Under the pieces are notes generated by a model. That model was not told the origin of the DNA. It worked only from the letters and a program-made list of their open reading frames with translations, and searched no databases. From Chiloscyllium plagiosum (lineage: Eukaryota): a DNA stretch of 20,000 nt. Every line of letters begins with the position of its first letter. The stretch's first letter is position 1. Of this stretch, positions 10,684-20,000 are shown in pieces. Both the position numbers and the translations under genes were made by a program. The DNA lies in assembly GCF_004010195.1 (NCBI RefSeq), contig NC_057718.1:18809472-18829471 (forward strand), in the 5' to 3' direction.

Positions 10684-10819
10684 GTGAGTTCAATGTTCAT
10701 TTCAAATAAGCTGCTCCTTTGCTGCAGGCAAGGTAGGGGGAAAAACACTTTGAAAATGATTACTGTACATTTCAAACTGCTGGCCCTCAATAAAAAGATT
10801 ACAGCAAGGACGAGAAGTT

Positions 10820-10883
10820 GGGGAGATTGGGGGCGGGGGGCGGGATGGGATTGCTGCTTGTGTTGATTGGCAATATCCAATCA
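10820..10883. promoter_or_regulatory. GC-box/G-quadruplex tract plus inverted CCAAT pair
   Basis: ggggagattgggggcggggggcgggatggg (five G-runs, two GGGCGG), followed by TGATTGG-caatat-CCAATCA (10864-10883). Confidence 0.3.
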
Positions 10884-11253
10884 GTCAGGCAGGAAAACCT
10901 AAGCCACTTAACATAATCCACCTGAAGAGATTGTTGGAGAGTCAGCTGCATAATCCAAACCCCGAAATCCTATCACTCGCAATTCCAAATCTCAAAGTTG
11001 TGAAATGTAACAGGGCCAGTCCTGGTTGTTATCTCAATCCCAAGTCAGTTGGTAAAGTATGATAATAGATACCAATACTTATATTGATACTGAGTTATCC
11101 ACTGAATGCAGTATTACATATGTCAGCTTCTTATCTACCAACCCAGGCCCAAAGCAGTCTCTCTAAATACTACAGTATTTTAAATTAATGGAACCCAATG
11201 AAATCAATTTAGCAGCTGGCAGTCCCTCAAATAGTCTCCCTTCATAGATATTT

Positions 11254-11361
11254 TTAATTAGCCTGTTCAAGCATGTCATGATACACCCTGGAGCAGGTGG
11301 AGCATGAACCCTGGCCTTCTGTCTTAGAGATAGGGATAGTACCACTGAGTCACAAGTGACC
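11254..11361 (-). mobile_element. Short tRNA-derived SINE
   Basis: Minus strand: ttgTGACTCAGTGGtactatccctatctctaagacagaaggccagGGTTCATGCTCCacctgctccagggtgtatcatgacatgcttgaacagg. A- and B-box-like motifs are at tRNA spacing. Confidence 0.65.
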
Positions 11362-11724
11362 TTAGTTCGCACCTTTTCATTTTATAAATTAAAATTATTT
11401 AAACAAAATTGAATTAAGTTAAAGAGGTAGCTGCTCCTTAAAATGATATTATAACTGAGGACAAATTCTCAAAGAAAACTTAATAATTTGAATTAAAATG
11501 TGGTTTCAGGAAGAGCTGATTTACTCCAGTCTTTGAGGCTCCCATTCATCATATCTTTCTATCTCTCTTCCCTTCTTGTTCTGCTGAGAAACTACCACCA
11601 GTTCAGGTCATGGTTGTAGTTCATGGGACTAGGTTGATTTGTGTTGAAATGGGGCTGTACTTTTAACCACACTTGGCTGGTTTGTACATCTGCTTATGTT
11701 ACTGTGATATTGCATTTTATTTAG

Positions 11725-11793
11725 TACGTAGAAAATATAGCAAGTAGAGATTCAATGTTGCCTCAACCAGACCATTTTCTGTTGGATTCACAC
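11725..11793 (+). CDS. Weaker candidate exon (69 nt, phase 0-0)
   Basis: Acceptor ttgcattttatttAG and donor CAC|GTGAGT. It reads YVENIASRDSMLPQPDHFLLDSH, in frame after exon 10587-10683. Confidence 0.35.
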
Positions 11794-11870
11794 GTGAGTG
11801 ACACTGGGTATATGTTCAGACCTGTTCAGATAAGACTATCCCTTTGTAGAAATGTCAAAAAATCAACTGT

Positions 11871-12352
11871 TTTTTTAATTCATTTATGGGATGAGGGCTT
11901 CACAAACGAGGCCAGCATTTATTGTCCATTCCTATTTGCCCAGAGAGTAGTTAAGTGTCAACCACATTGCTGTAGATCTGGAGTTATATGTAGGCCAGAC
12001 CAGGTAAGTGACATTGAAATGCTCATCAGCCATCATTGAATGGCAGAGTGGATTCGATGGGCCAAATGGTCTTACTTCCACTCCTATTTCTTATGGATGG
12101 CAGATTCCTTCCAAAAAGGACATTTGTGAACAAGATGGGTTTTTCTTGACAATGGATTCATGGTCATCATTAGACTCTTAATTCTAGATTTCTTTAATTT
12201 AATTCAAATTCGGCCATCTACATTGCAGATTTGTTTTTATTGAATTCAAATTCCATGTGTCATGGCAGGATTTGAACCCAGGTCCCCAGAACATTATCTA
12301 AGTCCCTGGATTAACAGCTCAGTAATAATACCATTTGGTCATTGCCTTCCCC
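11871..12352 (-). mobile_element. tRNA-derived SINE, near full length, interrupted at 12009-12095
   Basis: Minus-strand head gggaaggcaaTGACCAAATGGtattatt..cctgGGTTCAAATCCtgcc (B box at plus 12268-12278). The 3' end is ..caataaatgctggcctc..catcccataaatgaattaaaaaa. Confidence 0.8.
12009..12095 (+). mobile_element. CR1/HER1-type 3' tail inserted in the SINE
   Basis: atcagccatcattgaatggcagagtggattcgatgggccaaatggtcttacttccactcctatttcttatg splits the SINE motif caggtaag|gatggcag. Confidence 0.65.
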
Positions 12353-12970
12353 TGTACTTGTGTTGCCCTGTTTACTGTACTACACCATTACATGTCTGTC
12401 AGGCTGTCAGGGTCACCCCTAATTTTAACACAAGATGGTAGATTGGGAAAAAATCCTGGATTAATAGCTCGGTGTGAGTCAACAGTTATTTTAAACTCCT
12501 CCCAATTTCCATTGTATGTCTTTGCCTCTTGTCTGGCAAGGTTCACCAGGTGGAAGAGAGAAATCAGGCAGCAATGAGTGGTCCTCAGCATCAAATTACT
12601 GTTGGATAGTGGGAAAAAGGTCTTTGAATAGTTGCGACTGCAGGGAGGAAGAGAGCCAAGTAAGGAATTGTATGTTGCATGGCCTCTTCTGCTCATTCCA
12701 CTATCTCCCTCTGGCAAGGAGGGAGCTGTGTTTGTGCTGTGCAGCAAGGAGCATCTCAAGTCTGAAGTTAGCTAGATAATTTCTCCCCATCAGTTTCTAT
12801 AAGCTTTGACTTTTTATAAATAAGTCAGAGACTTTGTATATGTAAACCAGTCACCCTGTGCCCCCACAAAACAGGTGAAAGTATCCAGGGGATACAGTTC
12901 GAGAAACAGCATTCTGATCAGTGAAAGGATCAATCCCAGAAAACACCAGTTTCCGCAGTTTTTCCATTTG

Positions 12971-13167
12971 TCATAGATTCATAGAGATGTACAGCATGGA
13001 AACAGATCCTTTGGTCCAACTAATCCATGCCGAACAGGTATCCCAACACAATCTCATCCCATTTGACAGCACTTGGCCCATATGCCTCTTACCCCTTCCT
13101 ATTCATATACTCATCCAGCTGCCTTTTAAATGCTACAATTGTACCAGCCTCCACTACTTCCTCAGGC
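12971..13167 (-). mobile_element. CR1 LINE copy 2, 3' end
   Basis: Reverse complement of about 4085-4280, including the tail (tcatagattcatagag). Confidence 0.9.
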
Positions 13168-14780
13168 CTCCATCCACCATGACCAGTGCCTCCAAGCCCT
13201 CCATTTCTTCCTCTCCCGATGTCCCAATCAGTACCCTTCCACTGACGTTCTCATTTGTTTGGCTGAACTGGTCCTCACACTTAACAGTTTCTCCTTCAAA
13301 TCTTCCCACTTCCTCCAGACCAAAAGGGTAGCCATAGGCACCCGTATGGGCCCCAGTTATGTCTGTCTCTTTATTGGCTATGTAAAACAGTCCATCTTCC
13401 GTAGTTACACTGGCACCACTCCCCACCTCTTCCTCCTCTACATTGATGACTGCATCGGCGCCACCTCGTGCTCCTGCGAGGAGGTTGAGCAGTTCATCAA
13501 CTTCACCAACACATATCACCCCGACCTTAAATTCATCTGGATCATCTCTAACACCTCACTCCCCTTCCTGGACCTCTCCATCTCCATTAATGATGACTGA
13601 CTTGACACTGACATTTTTTACAAATCCACCAACTCCCACAGCCACCTGGATTATATCTCTTCCCACTCTACCTCCTGCAAAAATGCCATCCCGTATTCCC
13701 AATTCCTCCGCCTCCGCCGTATCTGCTCCCAGGAGGACCAGTTCCACCACAGAACACCCCAGATGGCCTCCTTCTTTAGAGATCACAATTTCCCTTCCCA
13801 TGTGGTCGAAGATGCCCTCCAATGCATCTCATCCACACCCTGTACTTCCGCCCTCAGACCTCACCCCTCCAACCGTAACAAGAACAGAACCCCCCTGGTC
13901 CTCACTTTCCACCCTACCAACCTTGGCCATTAACCGCATCATCCGCCGACATTTCCGCCACCTCCACATGGACCCCACCACCAGAGATATATTTCCCTCC
14001 CCACTCCATTCTACTTTCCGAAAAGACTGTTCCCTCCGAGACTACCTGGTCAGATCCACGCCCCCCAACAACCCACGCTCCCGTCCTGGCACCCTCCCCT
14101 GCCACCGCAGGAATTGCAAAACCTGCGCCCACACCTCCTCTCTCACCTCCATGCAAGGCCCAAAAGGTGCCTTCCACATCATCCACCAATGTCATTTATT
14201 GTATCCATTGCTCCCGATGCGGTCTCCTCCTTGCAAAGCACTTCAGGGAACATCACCGGGATGTCCGCATCAATCAACCCCAACTCCCCATGGCCCAACA
14301 TTTCAACTCACCCTCTGCTGAAGACATGCAGGTCCTGGGCCTCCTCCACTGCCGCTCCCTCACCACCCGACGCCTGGAGGAAGAACGCCTCATCTTCCGC
14401 CTCGGAACACTTTCAACTCCAGGGCATCAATGTGGACTTCACGAGTTTCCTCACTTCCCCTCCCCCCACCTTATCCCAGTTCCAACATTCCAGCTCAGCA
14501 CTGTCCTCATGACCTGCCGCACCTGGCAATCTCCCTTCCCACCTATCTGCTCCACCCTCCCCTCTGACCTATCTCCTCCATCCCCACACCCATGCACCTA
14601 TTGTACTCTTTGCTACCTTCTCCTCAGCAACACCCCCCCTCCCCTCCCATTTATCTCTCCACCCTGGAGGTTCCCTGCCCCCATTCCTGATGAAGGGCTT
14701 TTGCCCAAAACGTCGATATTCCTGCTCCTCGGATGCTTCCTGACCTGCCGTGCTTTTCCAGCACCACTTTGAACTAAACC
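13168..14780 (+). mobile_element. 5'-truncated Penelope-like element (RT with YIDD, GIY-YIG, 3' UTR with hammerhead) inserted in CR1
   Basis: LAELVLTLNSFSF..VAIGTRMGPSYVCLFIG..LYIDDCIG..LPFLDLSISI; CHRRNCKTC; NVIYCIHCSRCGLL (YIG segment deleted)..FREH. Flanked by an imperfect 14-bp duplication ctacttcctcaggc (13154-13167) / ccacttccccaggc (14781-14794). Confidence 0.93.
14687..14714 (+). ncRNA. Minimal hammerhead ribozyme motif, G12A variant
   Basis: CTGATGA-A-GGGC-TTTT-GCCC-AAAAC-GTC. CUGAUGA and stem II are intact; GAAA has become AAAA, consistent with CpG decay. Confidence 0.7.
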
Positions 14781-16282
14781 CCACTTCCCCAGGCAGCTCA
14801 TTCCATATATGCAACACCCTCTACGTGAAAAAGTTGCCCCCCCAGGTCCCTTTTATATTTTTCCCCTCTCACCCTAAAACTATGCACTCTAGCTCTGGAC
14901 TCACCACCCCAGGGAAAAGACCTGTATTCTATCTATGCCCCTCATGATTTTATAAACCTCTATGAGGTCACCCCTCAACCTCCAACGCTCCAGGGAAAAC
15001 AGCCCCAGCCGAATCAAACTCACACTGTGGCTCAAATCCTCCAACCCTGGCAACATGCTTGTAAATCTTTTCTAAACCCTTTTAAGTTTCACAACATCCT
15101 TCCAATTGAAGGAGACCAGAATTGCACACAATATTCCAAAAGTGGCCAAACCAATGTCCAATGTCCAGCACAACCTACAATGTGATCTCCCAAATCCTGT
15201 ACTCAATATTTTAACCAATAAAGGAAAGCATATCAAATGCCTTCTTCACTATCCTATCTACCTGCGACTCCACTTTCAAGGAACTATGAACCTGTACTCC
15301 AAGGTCTCTTTGTTCAGCAACACTCCCTAGAATCTTATCATTAAGTGTATAAGTACTTCTCTAATTTGCTTTTCCAAAATGCAGCACCTCACATTTATTT
15401 AAATTAAACTCCATCTGCCACTCCTCAGCCCATTGGTCCATCTGATCAAGATCCCGTTATAATCTGAGGTAACCTTCTTCGCTGTCCACTACACCTCCAA
15501 TTTTGGAGCCATCTGCAAACGTACTAACTATCCCTCGTACCTTCACATCTAAAACATTTTATATAAATGACAAAAAGTAGTGGACCCAGCACTGACCTTG
15601 TGGCACTCCAATGGACAGGCCTCCAGTCTGAAAAGCAACACTCCACCACCACCCTCTGTATTCTATCTTCGAACTAGTTCTGTATCCAAATGGCTACTTC
15701 TCCCTGTATTCCATGAATTCTAACCTTGCTAATCAGTCTCCCATGGGGAACCTTGTCGAATGCCTTACTGAAGTCCATACAGATCACGTCCACCACTCTG
15801 CCCTTCTCAATCCTCTTTGTTACTTCTTCCAAAAACTCAATCAAATTCGTGAGACATGATTTCCCACACACAAAGCCATGTTGACTATCCCTAATCTGTC
15901 CTTGCCTTTCCAAATACATGTAAGTCCTGTCTCTCAAGATTCCCTCCAACAACTTGCCCACCATCGGTGTCAGGCTCACTGGTCTATAGTTCCGTAACTT
16001 TTCCTTCCCACTTTTCTTAAACAGTGTCACTATGTTAGCCAACCTCCAGTCGTCCAGCACCTGACCTGTGACTATCAATGATAAAACTGTCTCAGCAAGG
16101 GGCCCAGTACACTTCCCTAGCTTCCCACAGAGTTCTATGGTACACCTGGTCAGGTCCTGGGGACTTATCCACTTTTATGTGTATCAAGACATCCAGCACC
16201 TCCTCTTCTATGATATAGACATTTTTCACGATGTCACCATCTATTTCCCCACATTCTATATATTCCATGTCCTTCTCCACAG
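14781..16282 (-). mobile_element. CR1 LINE copy 2, main body
   Basis: Minus ORFs DWRLANIVTLFKKSGKEKLRNYRPVSLT..SQHGFVCGKSCLTNLIEF..VDVICMDFSKAFDKVPH and VDKSPGPD. Colinear with 2619-4090. Confidence 0.95.
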
Positions 16283-16301
16283 GAACAACTGATTGTTTTA
16301 T

Positions 16302-17790
16302 TCACAAATCTAACTTAACTACTGGTTCCCTATTCCTAAGATGATACCCTCTTTCTTGAACGAAACTTCCAGAACTTGGGGAAAGACCTCGATCCGTTTT
16401 GGCCTGAGATTGAGGAGACATTTTCTCTAACAAGGACTACTTTTGCCCTTGATCTTCAATTGAATGTTCCCCTTAATAAGATACACCAGACTGATTCCAA
16501 CTTAGATCCAGAATCGAGACAACTTCTGTCTGAGTAACTCTACAATTCATCAGTCATTTGACTTATCCCAATTACATTTCTCTTTTTAATTTGTGAATGT
16601 GAAATATGATCTACACAAACAAATCTAAGCTTTTAATTACTAAATATTTTGACAAAATAGGTGAGAAGACTATATATTTTTACAACTCTTCCGGTAGCCA
16701 CTTCAACCACTTATGATTATGTTCTTTCACCTTAATGTTCTGATTCAACCTCAGACTTCTTTCTCTCACTCTATCCCTATCATGATCTTCTTTCTGTTTG
16801 GATCGGTTTTGTCTATGGGCTGCGCTCAGCAATGGAACACCTAATTCTTGACAGTCTTCTAAAAAAAAATTCAGCTGACAGTCTACTGGTAGTAGAATGA
16901 GACATGCTATGATAATTATATAACAAGCATTCACCAGTTTGTGATTCGATGACATCTGCAATTTCTTCCAGTTTGTATCTCGCATTTATTAGAATATATT
17001 TAACAATCTGTATTCTGCTACTCCATTTGAAACAGAATGATAGAGGGAAACTCTAATGTTTTACACCTGTTCATTTTGATGAACTTTGAAATCACTTCTG
17101 AACAAGTGAGGGCTGTTGTTAAATGTAATTTCCTCTGGGAACCCACAAGTCAAACTATGCAAAACCTTTCCAATTTCCTGGTTGTTATTTGATGCATTGA
17201 AAACACCTCAACCCCCCTCAAGTGACCATCTATCACAAGGAATATCTCTTACTGCTCACATTCTGCTGGTCATTTCCATGGTTGCAAATGAATAGCTGGC
17301 AACTTTTTTCCTACAGTTTGATATACTCTGTGTCGTTTTATTATGTCTTCTGGGCCATTATCAATCCTTGACCACCAAAGGTAGATTCTAATGAAACTCA
17401 TTGTCAAATTCACCCCAAAGTATCAATCATGAAGACCACATAGCAACTGTGATCTATACCTTCCCAGAATTACAGCTCTCGCTGACCACATAACGCAACT
17501 TTTATAAACTGACATCACTTTTTTACAGATAAAAAAAGATCTGATTCCCATAGCTGTAAACCATGGACACATTGGGGTCCCTACAAGATATTCTACCAAT
17601 GTTATCTGCTGTCATTGACAACTCATCCACACGTGAAAAGAAGTATATCCTCCCTGTTGGATTCTATGGTAGGTGAGGACAATAATCTAAACATTGCATC
17701 AGCATTAAGTTGTTCTCCCAATCATTTGTACTAAATATCATACTTATAAGCAGATAAAGTCAGAGTCCATCTCCACACATGAACTGCAGT
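16302..17790 (-). mobile_element. Decayed Ty3/Gypsy pol: RNase H end and integrase through to the ORF end
   Basis: Minus-strand translation: WRWTLTLSAYKYDI..NADAMFRL; CVMWSARAVI..LLCGLH..YLWWSRID..LQPWK*P; FLVIDGHLRGVEVF; GFPEEITFNNSP; YHSVSNGVAE; SHSTTSRLSAEFFF; KWLKWLP..VVKI..TYFVK..FVCVDHI. It ends ERGYHLRNREPVVKLDL* (stop at 16304-16302). Confidence 0.85.
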
Positions 17791-17795
17791 ATATA

Positions 17796-17827
<32 letters not shown>
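17790..17827. repeat. (TA)n microsatellite
   Basis: About 19 TA units with one interruption. Confidence 0.95.
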
Positions 17828-17830
<3 letters not shown>

Positions 17831-18519
17831 GGTACCTTCAAGCAAGTTAAAAGATAGCAGAACTACCTAACAGCACTAAGTGTTCTGAATAAGATACAAT
17901 GTAACCTTCAGTCCAGCTAGTAGTGTAGCTGTTTGCCTGGAGACAAAAACAAATTCAAATGTGGCCGATCAGTTTAAATTATACTGAAAAAAACAAACTT
18001 GAATCAAGTTTGAATTGAATATATTGACAATATTAAAAGGCAATGGCACAATCCGATGCTTTGGGGGTATAAGACCAGGAAAAATTGAACAGTTGGGGGA
18101 GAACTGCCAAAAGACCAACAGATGTAGGCTGCTAGTCAGAACTCTCTGTGAAGTACTTGTCTAGAGAAGGAGTTTGCCCAGAGAAAAACCAATACTGACC
18201 TGGAAAGCAAATCTACAGAGGAAGATATAAAAGAGAAGATTCATCCGCTGGCTGGTTTTGAAATTTGAATTTTTCAGTAAATCTTAATAGGGCATTTTAT
18301 TGAATTAGTATTATAAAGGGGAAAGTAAAAGATAGGTTAGAGGAAGAGTTGTAAATTGTTGTTAGTTAATTATTCTTTGTTATACTTTAAAAAATAAAGT
18401 TGTTAATTTTTACTTTAAGTAGTTCTTGGTCTCTTGAATTTTCACAGATTACTGCACAGGATAAATCTTTTCTGTGTTGGTGGTTTAAATTAAGCAGGGG
18501 GTTTACCCGTGTTGTAACA
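17828..18519 (+). mobile_element. Probable solo LTR (5' end missing) inserted in the Gypsy pol
   Basis: Non-coding ~690-bp block separating two RNase H pieces. TATA-like tataag at 18068, AATAAA at 18393-18398, and it ends ..gttgtaaCA at 18519. Confidence 0.55.
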
Positions 18520-18785
18520 TATACCCCAAAAATATTACCCCAAAAGTCAATAACAATACTTCATAATCTATCTGAGCATAATTTCAGTCATGCGCATTGA
18601 AGTTGCAAGAGGAAATGCAATTGGTATCTCCTCATCCTTATCCAACACAGAGGACACAGAGCCAATTCCATGTGAAGAAGCATCACATGCTAGCTTAATG
18701 TTTTTGACACTTTGTAACGTACAAGCATTGTGCCACATTCTAACTTACACTTACACAACTTCAATGCTTTGTCACATTATTATGT
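18520..18785 (-). mobile_element. Gypsy pol fragment (RNase H N-terminal part)
   Basis: CDKALKLCKCKL..MLVRY..IKLACDASSHGIGSV..EEIPIAF..NYAQIDYEVLLLTFGV. Confidence 0.85.
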
Positions 18786-18799
18786 CTAAAACTATGAAA

Positions 18800-18912
18800 C
18801 AGAGTCAATAAAATGTGGAGCTGGAAAAAGCACAGCAGGCTGAATGGTCCTGCCCAAAACTTTGACTCTCCTACTCTTCTGATGTTGCTTTATCCAGCTC
18901 CACATGTTATCA
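18800..18912. mobile_element. Collapsed remnant of the palindromic Penelope-derived element
   Basis: The left arm atgtggagctggaaaaagca pairs with the right arm tgctttatccagctccacat. The internal tgcccaaaactttgactctcct is half of the hammerhead region; the centre is deleted. Confidence 0.7.
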
Positions 18913-18921
18913 ACCATCCCG

Positions 18922-19000
18922 CAACCCCAAAACCAAGAAACAATCTTCCTCAAGAGTTTATACAATGGATGCAATAAGGTTACTAAATTTAGTACAAATT
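18922..19000 (-). mobile_element. Gypsy pol fragment (RT thumb/connection)
   Basis: KFVLNLVTLLHPLYKLLRKIVSWFWG resembles the Gypsy consensus KFLPNLATLLHPLY.LLRK...W.W. Confidence 0.75.
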
Positions 19001-19145
19001 TATTATCAAGACAGAGGTTTGAATGCTGGGAGGAATATTTCAATGAATAAGCATTTTTCTATATTACTGAGCAGATTAATCATTTGGGGAAACTATTTTT
19101 GTGTAGGAAATATCCAAAACAATATTTATTTCTCATTATTCACAT

Positions 19146-19318
19146 GGTTAGGGCTTGGAATTGCATTAGGATTAGGGTTACAGTTGGGATTAGGGTTATC
19201 AATGGCTAGGATTAGGGCTAGAATTAGGTCTAAGGTTAGGCTTAAGGTTTGGTTTAGGGCTATGGTTATGACTAGTGTGAATGTTAGGGCTATGGTTAAA
19301 TGCATTTCTAGTGTTAAG
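19146..19318 (+). repeat. Degenerate interstitial telomere-like (TTAGGG)n tract
   Basis: 6-bp periodicity with exact TTAGGG units among variants (ttagga, ctagga, ttaggc, ctatgg). Confidence 0.75.
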
Positions 19319-19612
19319 TGATGAGTTTGAGTCTTTACACTCAGCAGAACGTAACTTGTGTCAGCTGCCAGACAACCTGACAATCAGTTTCTGTTCAATT
19401 CCTCAATACTGTACTAACTGGATGGTATAGAACTTGGTATTTCCCATATAGCAGCAGGGTCTGAAGTGGATATGCAGTCTCCCAAAATGGCAGGTGTCTG
19501 CACCTTAGAAGAAATTTATAAAGTAAATTGCTCTGAGTAAGGATCTCTTCCAAATTGGTCTTAAACTTAGTTTGATAAGAGCCAGTATTTGATATTGAAA
19601 GTACTTATACTG

Positions 19613-20000
19613 ACCTACACCACGTACATGCACGCCAAGAACAAAAAACTGGAGAAGCTTGGCATTCTCACCAGTAATAGCAAAGCCCGCCCTGGAACCA
19701 TAGTAGACAACATTATCACTGCGGGGAAGTCTATTGTCAACTTATCGGACCACACCCTTCGACCGGAAGAGATTGAAGTCCTGAGTAGGGGTCTCAACTT
19801 CTGCCCCACCACCAAAATGGACCCGTTGGTTCTGGCAGCAGACACAGAGGAGTTCATCAGACGAATGAGACTCCGGGAATTCTTTCAGGGTGCCGGCAGT
19901 GATCCCACTGAGCCCACTGATGAACTAGAACAGTCATCACAGGGATCTGTAGAGGAGCGACCAAAGAAGGTGTCAACATGGACCCCACCGGAGGGCCACT
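19613..20000 (+). mobile_element. Penelope-like element ORF, N-terminal region, running off the window
   Basis: Stop-free for at least 128 codons from 19616: YMHAKNKKLEKLGI..KSIVNLSDHTLRPEEIEVLSRGLNFCPTTK..EEFIRRMRLREFF..STWTPPEGH. These motifs precede the RT domain in PLEs. Confidence 0.85.

Noticed and set aside
12403..12659. Possible exons 12403-12473 and 12541-12659
   Set aside because: Their phases fit the gene model only through weak alternative splice sites, and there is no independent support.
16341..16533. Plus-strand 63-codon open stretch with acceptor/donor-like ends (DTLFLERNFQNLGKDLDPFW...)
   Set aside because: It is antisense to the Gypsy integrase C-terminal tail (…YHLRNREPVVKLDL*), so most likely a shadow frame.
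18965..19383. ORFs with GLGLGL / NPNPNP periodicity
   Set aside because: These are translations of the degenerate TTAGGG repeat.
1..20000. Prokaryotic RT-based systems (retron, DGR, CRISPR-RT) or true tRNA genes
   Set aside because: All RTs have eukaryotic PLE/CR1/Rex1/L2/Gypsy signatures and there is no repeat-spacer array. The tRNA-like heads are embedded in SINE bodies and degenerate.

Overview
Eukaryotic, AT-rich, repeat-dominated DNA that looks intronic. It is most likely from a cartilaginous fish (inferred from the CR1/SINE tails and the Penelope family). There are no prokaryotic genes and no CRISPR array, and nearly all ORFs in the track are retroelement fragments or their antisense shadows. 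Penelope-like elements (PLE: RT + GIY-YIG) occur at five places, four of them nested in other elements. Their 3' ends carry a minimal hammerhead ribozyme motif (consensus CUGAUGA-A-GGGC-UUUU-GCCC-GAAAC-GUC), seen in four copies; two of these form a 185-bp head-to-head palindrome. The window also holds two ~1.7-kb CR1 LINEs in inverted orientation with the same 5' truncation point, a Rex1/Babar LINE, L2 and old CR1 fragments, and four tRNA-derived SINEs. Two heavily decayed minus-strand Ty3/Gypsy fossils are not recognisable from the ORF track alone, and there is an LTR with a tRNA-Leu PBS plus a probable solo LTR. Simple repeats are a (TA)n and a degenerate (TTAGGG)n tract. Two or three short plus-strand candidate exons splice in frame and suggest an unidentified host gene. 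All family calls come from manual translation and motif recognition, not database searches.
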